This document shows, piece after piece, positions 26,101 to 39,900 of a DNA stretch of 64,000 bases; within the stretch, counting starts at the first letter, position 1; each line of letters begins with the position of its first letter. A program made the position numbers and the translations under genes. Under the pieces are notes generated by a model. That model was not told the DNA's origin, made no database searches, and saw nothing but the letters and a program-made list of their open reading frames with translations. The DNA is from Raillietiella orientalis (lineage: Eukaryota), in assembly GCA_036172245.1 (NCBI GenBank), contig JAYWIR010000075.1:310001-374000 (forward strand), written 5' to 3'.

Positions 26101-27748
26101 CACTCAGACTTTTATTAATTTTGTTGTTTTGAACATAGACAACCTGAATATGAAATTACTCTGATAGTACAAATCATCAACTACTTTAAATAATTTAAAA
26201 AGACCATATACAAAAAAACATCTTTTACTAATAGTAATATCTACCCATACAACAATTAGTCATGTAATTTGTTTTCATCTTTACCTTACCCAGGGAACAA
26301 TAAAAATTGAATTTCACATCATTTTCTTTTAGTTTTTGCAGTTCATCTATTATCCTGATTACAATTTAAATTTTAAAAGCAATAATAACATCAAAAAAAG
26401 AAAATTTTTTTTTTCCACATCTCGCTTTGAATGTGTTTTGTTCAAACCTGCATTTGAGGGGCTCTTCAGAAACAATTTTAGTTTGACTAACATAATAATT
26501 GCAATAACCAAAATTCTTAACATTCTTAACAAAATTATGTATTTATGCAGTTTTTAACTCATTACTTTTTCAATGCATTTCATGAATAGGAGCCTCTTCA
26601 AAGCGTGATGTAAGCAAAAATCATTCAGTAACCTTTACTCTTCAGCTTTTAGATTGTATAGGATACATGTTGCATCAACAATAACACACATAAACAATAA
26701 TATGATACACAAAGTAGCTGTTTCAGCAATTCTCACTATAAGAAAGTAAATTTCATATACTATATAAATGAAGTAGTGAGCTAGAAATCAATTTAAAACA
26801 AGTGTGTACATTAAAATGATTGAAAATAATTGAATAATGTTGTTGTTTCTTAGCTACAATGCAAAGCAAATCAGCAAAAAATACATGCTAATTTCTTTTT
26901 TTCCCATTAGGAATATGTTTAGAAGAGTTAGTAATTTTCTCTAAAAACAAACTGCAATTAAATTTCTCTACCTGGCTAATTCGGAATTTTTCTTCAGCAT
27001 ACGCAATGCTTCATCAAATTGATGCTGATGAAGGGCAGCTACAACTTTACATTGCATGGCAGTAGTTTCATTCACATCCTCTTGTAATACTTAAATCGAA
27101 ATTAATGGCAATAATTGTAAAAATGCGAAATGAAAGAAACACATTTCACGTTTTTTCATTGAAGTCAGGTCATGAAGCAAATACATAAAAATAAAATAAT
27201 GAAAACATCTCTCCGAAAACAGAAAATCTTTCAAAACATCACTACGAATTACCAAACCGATATAAATTACATGTTTTCAACTTTTCACCAATATAACAAC
27301 CAATGTTTTCAATTCATTAAATTTTCACATAAATTCTCGAAAACAGCTTGTGCTACAAAAGTTTTCTCGTAATACTTCGGACTTCACATTTCGCATTTCC
27401 AATGTAGCTCAGAAATTTAGAAAGCAATGACATAACAGATTTACCGAATAATTCTCAATTTGGGTAAGAATTCTAAACTATACTTTCATTAAACGAATAA
27501 TGCCCTATTGTGTTATTCTACCTAATGACATTCAAATAATCGCCTCATTATTCATAACACTATTCCTGATTACTACAAAGTACAAAATAGTCATTATATT
27601 CCTACATTAGTACCTTAAATATCACAGAACATTACTGAATATTTGAAAATTTCTTACCCTTATCGGCTAATCGTTTTATTTTTTGAACATCTAAGTTCTG
27701 AATTGCCTTGTTGATTTCGTTATACAGATTCAAAAGCTTCACTTCCAT
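23107..27748 (-). CDS. SRP72: Signal recognition particle subunit SRP72, 7 exons
   Basis: C-terminal RNA-binding motif KKKVPKNYDPSVDPDPERWLPKWQRS...GKGTQG; TPR-region motifs AMQCKVV, FEKAYSQYRL, YNQAC, VANNNVV. Phase-compatible exons: 27748-27658 (MEVKLLNLYNEINK...), 27089-26972, 25192-25055, 25007-24890, 24665-24469, 24426-23949, 23898-23107. Confidence 0.95.
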
Positions 27749-28792
27749 TATTTAATCTTGAAAGGATGATAATCCAATCTTATTATAAAACTACGATCAA
27801 TTATCATAAAGCACTCATGAAACCATAAGTATTTTTTACATGTGGTTATTTCACGAGGCAGTCAAGTTACTTGTCAACATCGTCAGGCTTACTACACGTA
27901 TTGCACTATAAGAAATAAATCAAAATCAGAGGTGAAGACTTCATTAAATCCCTACTTGAGTTTCGCATTGCTTTCAAAAGATGATTTTTATTCGTAAATT
28001 TCCAATACAAATGATTAACTAATTCTAACAATGTATTCCAAACTATGCTATCAACTAAATCCTATTTCGCTTATTTATAAATAACAATACTTTGTTACAC
28101 TTTGAACAGGACTTGACCAGAAACTATACTATTTATTATTCTATGTGAACTACTTATAATTACATGATACTTGAAACCAATATAAACTAACCAATATAAA
28201 AAACTGAAAAAATGAATCCAAAAATGTGCTTGCTCTATGTCATTTCAATAATCTCATATAAAAGCTTTCCTTGCTAACGTTACACATGTTTTATGAATCC
28301 CACATATAAATTAGAAATCTTGAATTTTTCAAATCGTAGCGAATGCATGAAAGTATAATTCTTATACTTTACCTTCTTTACGGTTTCTTTTAATTATTAC
28401 TGTGTAGGGAATAAAATTCAGTACAGATATTTTTGATCTCCAGTGGTATAAATAATTCATGAACAATTTCTCCCTAAAAAGTTCCTTCTCAAAAAAGGAA
28501 TCCATTTTCATAAGTACAAAAATCTTTGCGCCGGCATTTGCAAACTAATTTATGAATGATTTCCTTGTATTTGTTCCTAACTATATGAGTGAACATTAAC
28601 ATTTCATGACTTTTATTTAGATGTAGGAATCTAATCATAAGCTACGATTCCCATCATTTTATTCTCATTACGAAAGTTAAGAACAGAATTGTAAATTTAC
28701 CACTTCAAGCTTGGAGATTTTTACAATTCATATATGAAGAAGTATTAATTTCTTGACATATTTTGACCTTTAGGTTCTCTCTTGGTATTGTT

Positions 28793-28857
28793 TAACTTGA
28801 AAATTTCTTGAAAACTTAACTTAACTTGAAAATAACTTGAAAAATGACTTGAAAATT
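28793..28857. repeat. Short degenerate tandem repeat with (A)ACTTGAAAA core
   Basis: CTTGAAAA recurs about five times within ~65 bp. Confidence 0.7.
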
Positions 28858-29529
28858 TGTTTTGGCGTCAACAAATCATATTCTTGAACATAGTGTGTTT
28901 CGGAGAAAGAATTTCTGAGTTACATAGAATCATGGACGTAATGAACATTATAGCAGTTATGTAGAATTCTCACAGTTTAAAGAAATTGATCTGCAACAGA
29001 GGGAACATGTATGTACTGTCTGTTATGCACAGCTTCTATAAGGGGTCTATGATCACACGGCATGTAGAGAAATATTCAAGAGTGAACCAGTAGCTGATGG
29101 GAATTGGAAATTTTACGAAGTTCCAATCAGTAATCGTGTATATATGACAGTTTGCACCTTCATCGTTGCCTTGTATTTACGAGCGATTTTTTTTCTAATA
29201 ATGTCCTATGAATTTTGATAACTCATATTTCGATGAGCAAAAAACCTCTTGACTTCCATCTTTTAATTTTGTGGAAACCTTTAAATATGAAATGCTTTTA
29301 GTTGCTTTTAATTATTGAGCATTGGAAGAATTTTTCAAGAGCAAAAAGATTTTAGCTACGTTAATAACAATTCAAAGGTTTCTGTTGGTGGTAGTGGCAT
29401 GATGGGCATTTTATTTAAATGTAAGTAAAGAAACATAGGTAGAATTGAGCAGAAGTTGTCGTCAGTGCTTACGACATTTTTAAATTTCATTCATTTAATT
29501 AGTTTACACACTAAACACCATTAAATACA

Positions 29530-30230
29530 TGGTTCTCCCACCATCAAGTTTTGCTCTGGCTCCTCTGGTCGTCTTACACATAGGATTGAAAAGGTAGGTT
29601 TATCTATGACGCTCTTGCTCCACACCACTGAGGTTGAGCACTTCTCCACCATGAGGATCCTCCTGTAACTGCTTTGGGGCATCTTCCAGCTTTGACAATG
29701 GGATGCAGATGTTATAGGAAGCGGACATTTGAGGTCAACTGCACGCCAGAAGAGCGTGCAGGAAATTTCCCGATACTGTAGCGGATATTTCAGGTCAATT
29801 ATTTGAAGGCAGTTCATTTATTCTCCATATGCAGCCAAAGGACGCCAAGATTTCCGAGACTGCATCATTCCTAAAATACCAGGAATCCAGGGATCCGACT
29901 TGTACAATGTACTTCTCTTGAGCTCCTCTATGTGTAAAGTAAGGTGCTTGGTTCCTACATAAAAATCCTTGCTACTTCTTGTTATTAATCTTTCTATATC
30001 TTTATGCTTCGCGGGCACTCTGAATGAGGCTTCATTTTCAAAGGCATTTCAGGTTCATCTAAGGTGATTCCCTCTCCTTAGGACTGGATCCGAGTCTAAA
30101 CGGGTCAGGAACTCGTTGGTTTGCAGATTCCAGCTACATCTGGAATTCTTTTTTTTCTCACTCCGCAGCCTTTCGACGATAGCACCATGCCTTGCAGTGT
30201 ATAGGTAAGAATATCTCACAATGATTAAGG
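29530..30230 (-). mobile_element. Penelope-like GIY-YIG endonuclease remnant
   Basis: FYVGTKHLTLHIEE (~29960-29920) resembles YIG.T.R.L..R..EH; decayed. Confidence 0.5.
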
Positions 30231-30299
30231 TATGATGGAAGTCTCATCCCACACAACACACTGCCAAAAAGAGCGGCCCTCTACTCTCCTTCTTGATAT

Positions 30300-31176
30300 G
30301 CTCCGACTTAGCACCAGGACTAGTCAGTCAGCGTGCAAAAAGTGGCGATGGTTCGCTAAGTACCTCAAGTGCGGTCGCGTGCCTCGCGGCCCACGTGGCT
30401 CTGTTCCACGCCACCCGCGGAGGGTGCGTGTTATTCTTCAAGACAGGGGGCACCCCGGAAGGGGGTCCTCCCTATGAATCCAGAACGGCTCGGAGTCCGT
30501 TCCTCTCACGTTTGGGGAGGGTTACTCGCACCTCCCACCCTGGTTGTCTCCGAAAGGGAACTCCGAAGGGAATCTCTTTCCTCATTCTCTCCGGAGGCCC
30601 CCCCCCCCAGGAGGAGGGTGATCCTCTCCATTTCATCTTCTCCGGAAGGAACCTCAAGGTAACCTCTCCTGTTCACTCCTCTGAAGAGAATCCGAAGGGA
30701 TGCTTCCGAAATTCAGAAGGGGCGCTGCAGCTTCCTGCAGGGGGATCGCTCTCGCTTGCTTCCTTGCACTCTGTGAAGAGGCGACGACTCGGAGGGTCCC
30801 CCACTCAACAGGGGGGGGTTCACGCCTTTAAACAACTGGAGAGGTGCCTGTGAAGGTTTCTGCTCCATTTTGAAACCGGAAGGGTCCCCCCGGTGTGGAG
30901 GGTCCGCTCTCCGTTGTACGACCGGAGCGGAAACTCCCCACTGCTTGAGTCCTGGAAGGACCCGAAGGTCGACTCCCATTGTTCCGGCCTTCGTCAAGGG
31001 CCTCCGACTTGAACGACCACCGGTGCCACTCCCGAATGATTAGGTCAGCCAGCGCCATTGCAGGAGAAACCCGGAACCCAACGACGCAGCGGCGTCAGTT
31101 TCTGCCGGAGTATTCAAACCCGCGACACATGGTACCACACGCGGAAGCCTTAACCACAAAGCCTCAGAAGCGGGCT
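30300..31176 (-). mobile_element. tRNA-headed SINE-like chimeric repeat, copy B (longer body than copy A)
   Basis: 30432-31176 aligns to 3689-4474, with a ~44-nt deletion between TCTTCTCCG direct repeats. The B-box reads GGTTTGAA. GC-rich sequence continues left to ~30300. Confidence 0.75.
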
Positions 31177-31199
31177 ATTTGCTACTGCCACCAAGATCA

Positions 31200-32900
31200 A
31201 ATATTTTAGATGTGCCACCAGGCAGACTGTCCCCAATGCTCATCTGAGGGTGACTGTAAGGTTGTAGGGTTTTCTTTCGAATCATCTCTTGGAGAGCTTC
31301 TCGGGTCAAGTCCATCATAATGCGATCTGATGTGGTAAGCAGTTTCAAGAATTAGGATGCTGAAGAAGGTATCTGCTTCATCTGATTGCTGCATCAGATC
31401 CAAGCATCCTTTACCCAAATGCTCACCTACCGAGGAAGAGCTTAGTAAACGTGCAGTAAATGATCATAGATCTGAAATTTCAAATTGAAATGATGTGGTG
31501 TTTTAAAGAAGGAAACACCTACTGTTCTGTGATAGATTGTGTTGTTCTACGAGATCCTCGTTCGATGTTTTAATCCAGTGTTCGATGTAATCAGTTTTAC
31601 GATGAAAAGCGATGTTCATTTTCCGACATAGGATTCAAGGAGTTTAAAGAAATATTGATTTTGGAAGGTCTATCTTTCTTTCTAGTACATGGAGATATGC
31701 AGACAATCTTATAACTTATTTAAGTCGAAAGAGGCTTCAGCTGAAGAATCCTGAATAACTAAGAATTACGACAGCTTTAGATTGCATTCGCAATCTAACA
31801 ATTTAATGAACACGAAGACAATGACGACCATGAGACAATCATGAGAAAATGTGAAGAATTTATAAACCCTGTATAGAAACATTTTGCTTATTTACACTCT
31901 TCGTTGCCAGCTAATGCATGCGCTGCACCCATCGTGACCATTAAGTGCATTTTAGCGTATTGTCCCATTTAAAGAACAAGGAGATGGTATTCATTTCGAT
32001 TCTCTACTAATACAAGCTCATATTGTTTGCTTCCAAACATGATGTTCCCGTGTTGGATTGAATGCTATTCAGTACATCAGGGATGAAGTTCATGACTCGC
32101 GTTGCTGATTTCATAGATCTAAACGATGGCCAAGATCATAGGACATCGTTTGGACGTATGTGCTTCGTTGCATTCGTCAGTGTTCACAAGAAAATGGAGT
32201 CGATTCTATAGATTTCCCAAGAGTTCTTTCACATTGAGAATGGTCTGTGCTCCTAGTTCTGGTGGCGAGCTCATTACCATGTTCAGTGCTTCCTAGTCAA
32301 CATTAATGAGTTCTTGACTTGGAAAAAGCAAAGAGGCATATCAGCAATCTGGAGTTTCCATTTGCTTCCAATATGTGACGTTCTCATCACGGCTAGGAGA
32401 CAGGTTGTGCCCATTCGTAGCTTTGTTAATAGATCCAAACCACGATAAAATAAGAAAGGTGAGATACAATGCTCTAATTCATCCTCATGGCAGCTCAAAA
32501 AACTCAATATTATCATCTGATTGGTTTCTAATAGCCTTTTTCTTTTTTTTCCCCAACAGTTAAACACATTCGGAGAGTCACTTCTACATTTTCATTCAAA
32601 AACTGCAGGTGAATGGCCTGGTAGTTTTATTGGAATATTTAGCTCCAAAAGAAACTTTAGTTTATCCAAAAGAAGCTCGAGTGGCTCGTCTTTGGGGGCC
32701 AATGCGTGGAAACGGAAGTGGGGGGAACATAATGAAGGTCTCTGAAGGCCTCCAGAGGCTGCTGATCTGGCACCATCAAAGAATCCCCAAAATTCGTAAA
32801 GTATCTCTTGAGATAATCCTTCCACCGAAAGCTACCGGAAAGCATGACTGCATCGTTACTAGGGCGGGTGACTGAGCAGCAATAGAGCATCAATTAACGA
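31200..32900 (-). mobile_element. Decayed Penelope-like element (RT plus C-terminal GIY-YIG)
   Basis: Colinear degenerate motifs on the minus strand: PPKTSH (~32690), FLFYRG...LRMGT...LA (~32455-32390), EIYR (~32210), ESYVGK (~31630), SSVGEHL and FSIL (~31430-31350). Confidence 0.65.
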
Positions 32901-32999
32901 GTGTTTAATCATTTCAGTGTTTCTGTTCCTTCCTTCTCTTCGAAAGCGGATTTCCGTGATCACTCGATTTCCTTGAATCTGACGGATGAATCGGATACT

Positions 33000-34270
33000 T
33001 ACTAACTACTTAATTGCCAATACAGGTTACGATAATTACTAGATTAGGCTGAATGATTGAAAGGGGTATGAAGAGGAGGGACTCAAATGACTCACGTTCG
33101 ACTAATCGATAAATACTGAAATGTGCCCTTTCCCGCCTCTGCATGAGTATATCAGTGTTTGCCGGATAAATCATTTATTCTCATAGGAAGGATGATCAAC
33201 AAGATCGTCACTGGTGTTCGGTTTTCAGAAATACTCATGAGGACGTTGTCCATAGTGGCAGCAGCAAGAGGAAACAATGAGAACATCATGCTCTCTTCAC
33301 GCCTCATGAGAACGAGCATTGCTCCATCTCTCAGAAAGTCCTGAAGGATCTGTCATGTGGAAGCCATTCAGCCTCCACATCTCAAGAAAGCAAAACACAG
33401 GAGCATGACCTGATCTTTCTATTTTTTTTCTTCCAGTTTAGCAAGTCTCCTTGGAGAGTAGAGGAAAATCCTTCACTGTGGATACTCTCATACCCCGATT
33501 GCCAATACGCGAGTAATGAAGGCAGCAGTGATTTGACAGGGGCAACTGGTGATGGGAAGGACATTTTTTTTCACTCTTTTGACCGCTCACTCAGGCATTG
33601 GATGAGCCATCACTGCAATCGCATTCGGAAAGCAGTGGTAAACAAATTCTCTCATTGACGGGTAAAGACGGTGCGAAACAGTTGTTTATGGATGATCCTG
33701 CTAATTTTAGCTTCAGGATGCAAACATGGACCTATGTAGGCTTGTTTCCTGTCAATCCAGGATTCGACAGCATTCAAGCAGATCACTTGACACGGCTGAG
33801 ATGCACCTTCAGAATCAAGGCCTTTCTCACCTGAATCCTTGGTGGAGAGCAGTCTTGCAGAATCCTCCCCTGGGACCACCGAAGACATCGAAATCGAAAC
33901 GAGTGGAGTTTCGTGTGGAGTCCTAGCCCTCACGTACATTCGCGTTTGCGCGCAGCCTATTTGATCCAATGGGTGTGGAAACCCGGCGAAGCAGAAGCAC
34001 AAGTGATCGGAATTCTCAGGAACGAGAAAAATCACAGCTGTTTCGGAAATGCTCTCAAGAGTGCAACGGTCTTCGTTCAAGGAAACGAAAGCATTAAAGA
34101 CGGGGCGAATGCTGCTGGGACCTGCGATCTCTTTGGCAGAGCGCGATGCACTCCTTGCTTCCATAGAAACGTGCACTTTGCACAAAGACGAATTCAAATT
34201 CCATTCAGAGTGGAGTTGGAAACTCCATTGGGCGGAATGGGTACTTAGCTTGGAGCCATAAGCCAATAAT
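33000..34270 (-). mobile_element. Decayed Penelope-like RT
   Basis: SIRPV (~34105), LVS then FDV across a frameshift (~33895), GFSST (~33465), LNGF (~33365, NGYP-like), in the expected order. Confidence 0.55.
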
Positions 34271-35015
34271 TATTTCACTTTTGTTGAAACGCGGAGCATA
34301 AAGAGACCGCGGAAGCGGCCGCGAATTTCAGTTTGAAAGGTGGAAGGAGCAAGTGATGGCAACCTAGGTTGCGAATAGCTCTCCGTGGGGAAAGCATTCC
34401 ACTACGTGAATAGGGCAATGAAGCCTGGGAAAAGCGGCCCACGGAATGTGCTAGAAGCAAAGGAAATAACCTTCACCTTCAGGAAGACAATCCAAGAGGA
34501 CAACCATGTCGATTCCCGTGAGTCATCCAGACGGAACTGTCTTGCTTTCTGATAATCCAATGCTTGGGTTCGTCCCACAGGTTGAGGATTCTCGGTATTT
34601 CAGTCTGTCCACACGTTGCGAAAATTCGTAGGTTAGCAAGTGACATAGATTTCTGCGGGTGTTTGTGCGCGCGTGCGTGTGTACTAAATGCCTCTCGCAA
34701 AAAATAAAAAAAAAAATCTCACCACTGAGAACCTTAGAATTCATGAGTTGCATTCTTGCAACTCCTGTTAAGGATATTCTCCACGGCATTGGATGAGCCA
34801 TCATTGCAATCTCATTCGGGAAGCAGTGGTAAACAAATTCTGTCTTATTGATGGACAAAGGCGGCGCGAAACAGTTGTTTATGGATGATCCTGCTAATTT
34901 TAGCTTCAGGATGCAAACATGGACCTATGTAGGCTTGTTTCCTGTCAATCCTGGATCCGACAGCATTCAAGTAGATCACTTAAAACGGCTGAGATGCACC
35001 TTCAGAATCAAAGCC
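33594..35015. repeat. ~230-bp direct repeat pair (33594-33822 and 34785-35015)
   Basis: Near-identical sequence from GGCATTGGATGAGCCATCA to CAGAATCAA(G/A)GCC with scattered substitutions and a 2-nt indel. Confidence 0.95.
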
Positions 35016-35399
35016 CTAATTTTTATCCCCTTCGGATCTTCGTTGCTTGAGTTCTTACAAGAGTGGCCGCATAGAAGCCCACTCAAATGCGGAAATACCT
35101 GGGTTTCATATTTCATCGCAAATTAGCTCCTCGGATGGAGCTTTCGCATTACTTTTCAAGAGATGCGGGTGTTGGGTTCCTCTAGCTCGTCAGCCGCTTC
35201 CTTTGTCTGCTCTTCCCTCAACCTCGCAGGTAGGAAATTCAACAGGCATTTCACGTTCCCACAACACGTGCTAAGGTCGTAGTAGGCTCATGCGTATTCG
35301 GAGTGATTCAGTGATCCCTGGCCATTCTGCATGTTCGATCCCGCTTTTCTAAGAGTTTTTTTTTTTTTTTTAATCCAGGAATTCTTCTCAAGGGAAAGA

Positions 35400-36400
35400 A
35401 ACCTTGTACTCAGCAGTTCCTGGCTGCTTGCTCTCGTAGTCACCATCGTTCTCACCTTGGTGACTGAGCGCCAAGGTCAAAACCAAGGAAGTTCTTGCGG
35501 ATACTTTACAGCGAAGAAAAGTGAAATATCTTGTAAAAGACTCCCAACTCTCTTCCAGAAGCCAAGTCTAAATTAGGACACCCAAGAATTTACGCTCTTT
35601 CATTTCACGTACTGGTTACCCGCCTTCGTAACTTCGTAGGTCTAACAAGTTTCCGTTTGATGGGATATTAATATATGGAATGCCCCGGAAAGAATTTGCC
35701 AGTGGTTTTCTGAAAATGGAGTATTCCTCCGAAGCAACTGTGTGTGCTATAACGTGTCACGGAATTCCTCGACTCTGTGCAAATGCAGCAGCACTTCCCA
35801 ACGACTGCACGTTCCTTTGTCGCACAATTCACCTAGTACCCCCGGAATTCACCAAGTGGCATACTCTGTGAGCATTTTTGGAACGCAGAAACCTCCCTTT
35901 CACGAAGGTCTTTTGTAACAAAAGCTCTAGGCACAATGAAGTCCCCTGGAGCTTTTCATTCTTCCTCTATTATATGAGTTGCAGCATCAATCCATTTTGT
36001 GTCGAGTGACTTACAGGCTGAACCGAAATCGGCTTTCGTCTGCATCTTTTGTACTTGTCCATGAACGTTGAACCTCAGAACTCAAATTTTGGAGACGAGA
36101 GCGACTGCATGAGGCAATGGGATGTCACTAACAATCAGCGATGTCCAAATTTCGGACTTGTGTGATTGCATGTCTTGAATTCTCTGTTACTTTGACCTTT
36201 GCTTATAGTTCCGTAAAAGTCGATAAAAAAATTGCATGAGTAACCGAACCATCGTTTAGTAAAGATCTCTGAGGTACGTATTATTGTAAAGGAAACGATA
36301 GGTTGTTTCACCAGAGTATCCTCTCTGTATATACGTATACCCACATCCCTTTGCTGGAATCCCGTTTGATTTTCCTGGATTTTTCCAAACTGTGATTCCT
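35400..36400 (-). mobile_element. Decayed Penelope-like RT
   Basis: GIRIYREDTLVKQPIVS (like G.PKIHK...RPIVS, ~36340-36290), SMPLG (~35860), KYP (~35500). Confidence 0.55.
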
Positions 36401-36975
36401 CACACGTGACACGTTTACGTCCACAGCATCCAACTCATGATCTGTTCACGAAACTTTCGCAGTTCGAGAACTTTTCTTCTCTAATCCTCGCGATCAAAGT
36501 TTCTAAATGTGGTCCCACGGAAGAAGTGGGATCATCCCCCGGAATTATTCTCGTTTCAATGGATGCAGAGGTTTGAGATTGTCAGTAAATGTTACTGAAA
36601 CACCCATTGTACATTCCAAGTTGGCTTTTCGAGCACCGGAAAGAGCCACAGTTTCAAAGCCAAGCACTTGTTCGTTTCCTCGGAAAATCGGAATAGTGGA
36701 AGTTCAAGGAGGAGGTGCAATCCACGAGCGACTCTCACACGAAAACCAAATGAACGATCCGAACTTCCTTGATGCCTCGATGTGCTTCTTGCGAGACCAC
36801 GCAGGGTACCCTTCGTGCTTGATGCTCACACTGTACGTATTCCCTCCACAGTGCTCGATTATAAACTTGTACATCGATAAAAATTCAATGATGACTCTGT
36901 TTAAGTATCAATGTGAAAATTCCCTTTTCAGTATAAGAATTCAGTGTATTTGTGCTGTTGATGGATTATTTTTAG

Positions 36976-39900
36976 TCTTTGTACCTGAACGATTCACCGG
37001 AAGTTACGAAGATGTTTCCAGTGATATCAAAGATAGGTATGGAATTGATCCTTTCTGTAAGCATCTTTCATGAAGCTTTGTTTACAATATGCGCGATGGG
37101 GGAGGAATGTATGTATGTATATGATCAATCCATAAGACTCGTGCACACTCATGCCACATGTAGCACACATTAAGTGAATTTTCATGTGCGTAAATACCCT
37201 CATACCGCTATCGCGCTGGGTCTCGGATTAAAAAAAAAATTTCAATCTGAGTAGACATCCAGATCGCAAGAGGATTCCAAATCAGATTTTCTCTTTTCCG
37301 AATGCATAATGCATTCTGATAAATCACGAGGATGCAAAAGTGTTCAGTTTGTCCTTGCAAACGGGAAACCCTCAAGCAAAACTGAGCGCGAAGGATGCGA
37401 GCATTCCCATGAACCTTTTGGATCAATTCGAAATCGTGGTAAAAATTCAGTAACAATGTGAAACGAAAACTTCCATGCCTGGACAAGTTCAGTGGCCGCA
37501 AGGCAGTTCACAAGAAATGACGGAAATTGGTTTGCCTTCAGAAGAAAACTAGATCACTAAAATGGTCATCTATGTGGAAAAGAAGGAAACAAGGGTCCCT
37601 ATGTTTGAGGGCACCTGGTTTCGACAATATATTGAAGTTTCAACGATGGCACTCGCAAGAGTAAATCGTGACCTCAACTTCAGTTTCTTTCTCACGTATG
37701 GGTACGAAGCACCAGTGAACCCTGAGGGTTCACAACAAGCAAGTTTTTGGAAAATAGGGATGTGGCGATCATTGACAACCAACTGATCGGCTTCCATTCA
37801 GCCTACATTCAGCAGGATGAAAATTCACAGGTCGTCCCATGGACCAATCTCGGATCTTCATTCTCAAGTCTGGTGGGATTTTTCATTCCTACCAGACTCA
37901 CAAATAGGTCTTTGAATCGCAAGAGAAGCTCTTGAAACTCGATTACCTCCGTCGAAGTAGGGGGAGGACAAACCTATTGAGATTCTGGACGAAGGATAGA
38001 CCTGATGGCTTGCCTCTAGATCAGAGGAAACGGAGGAGCGTATCATGAGAGGTTTCGTAGCAACGCAGAAAGTGCGTGGGAACCTGCAAGATTTTGTCTC
38101 TGCCATGGAGTGTATTTGGTCCAAAGCGAGGGATGAGAACAAACCTCTATGGTCAAAGTTACGGGAAACCGAAGAAAGTTGATCCTCAGGCATCAAATGC
38201 CAGCTGTGCACCAGTTTGAGCATGTCATTCCTATTTCATCTTTTCGCATCGCAGACAGGTCACATGGAAAATGTTGTTTGCTGTTAGAGAGAGGGATCCC
38301 CATTTTGCTGCCAGCTGCATTTGGTAGGTACCGGTTGCTTCTTTCCCACTTGACCCGTCAGGGAGAAGCACAATTAATGAGGAATCAGTGAAGAGACGAT
38401 AGAAGCAACCAACTGATTATCAGCGGTTGACAGGACCTAGGATGAGTCCCGAATTCGTTAGGATGAAGATCAGGATGAACTCCCCAAGTGGCAATTCTGA
38501 CGAAGCGCGTGGTCTGGACAGGAAAACCTTTATTCGCTGGAGCCCTTCTTCTGACATAAAAGAATTCTAGAGAAGAAACCAAGGACGATGAGTGACCTTT
38601 CTTGATGCCTCCTGATTTCACTTCCGGCCCTTGCCGTGAATCCGCAAGGGGGCCGAGGAACCATCTCGTAGCTGTCTCAGCCGTCTTCACACTTCGTTGG
38701 AAGTATCCGGTCTGGAACGAGGAAAGGCGCCTGAGTTTTGCCGAGAGTGCTGCTGGCTCGCAAGCCCTGTCTCTGATCTCCGTTTCGAAGCGGCTCATCA
38801 TGTTGCTGAACGAACTTTTGAGATGGATCCAGAGGGATCACAAGGTGCAGAATGAGACAATGGTGCGTGCAACCACGGATCGAGGCGCACAGACGCAGGT
38901 TTGAATTTGCGGAATGAGCTGGCATAGCGACGTTCCAGATTTCGGAAGAGCTGCTCTTCCCCGGATAGCAGACAAAAAAGAACTGCTTCCTCAGCATCCT
39001 TCTTCACCATTTTTTCCTACGGGATATACTCGCAGGATATGCTACGTCTGAGCACCCTACCGATGCATTCCCTGCTCTTTTGAGGCTCCTCCCACGTTCA
39101 TTCGACGACCAGCAGAAAGATTTCGTTCCTGCAGATTGAATTCGATCTGTCAAATTTCGCAGGTTCCAATCTCTTCCTACATGGAGCTACCTAACCGACA
39201 TGGAGCATGCGCTGCCATTCTCTCCTAGTTGCCCTTCTTACAGCAACCATGAGAGAATACCCTTCGTGTTTCTTGTTGGTGACTCTAGAACGAGCACCAC
39301 CGTGGGTTCGGCCTGGATCCCAGAATCGGTTGTTTGATTACCCAGTTTCATGGATCACGAAGGAGATGAATCGCTTATGAGTTAACAGCCTCAGATGTTT
39401 CAGCCGGGTGATCTGTACGAGATAAATGTGCTTCCTGATGTTCTCGCACGCGGATCGAATCTGCCCCCAGGCCTCGCTTCTGCTCGCAAGCGATCCGCTG
39501 ATCAAAGATTCATTTTCGATCTGCCCTTTTCAATTGATCTGCTGCTTCCGGGAACCCAAGAAAGGCTTGTGATATTACCGAGAAGCTCAGCTTTCCTCGA
39601 GAGCTACCCAAGATTTATCTGGAGATCACTCTGGTTAGAAATGCTTCGGTTTCCCTTAGTGCGAGTTCCTCGAGCGGCCGCAACGCAAAGGAACAGCGAA
39701 TGCTCCAGTCTATTTGGTCCAGTTCTGTTCGTGTTCCCCTGGAGTGGGAGATCAGCATCTGCCACGAGTTATCTCGTTGCTGGTCTGTGGATCTTTTCGT
39801 TCTGGAAGATTTATTTATTCCCCTCCCCCTTTCTGTCCCAAACAAAGGTCGTTGTCCACTCTTTCCTGGGATTTGAATTCACAGACCCCTTTTCTTGGGT

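Noticed and set aside
25560..26150. Lys-rich exon-like stretch on the minus strand in an SRP72 intron
   Set aside because: SRP72 exons join in phase without it; it is homopolymer-rich and hits stops quickly.
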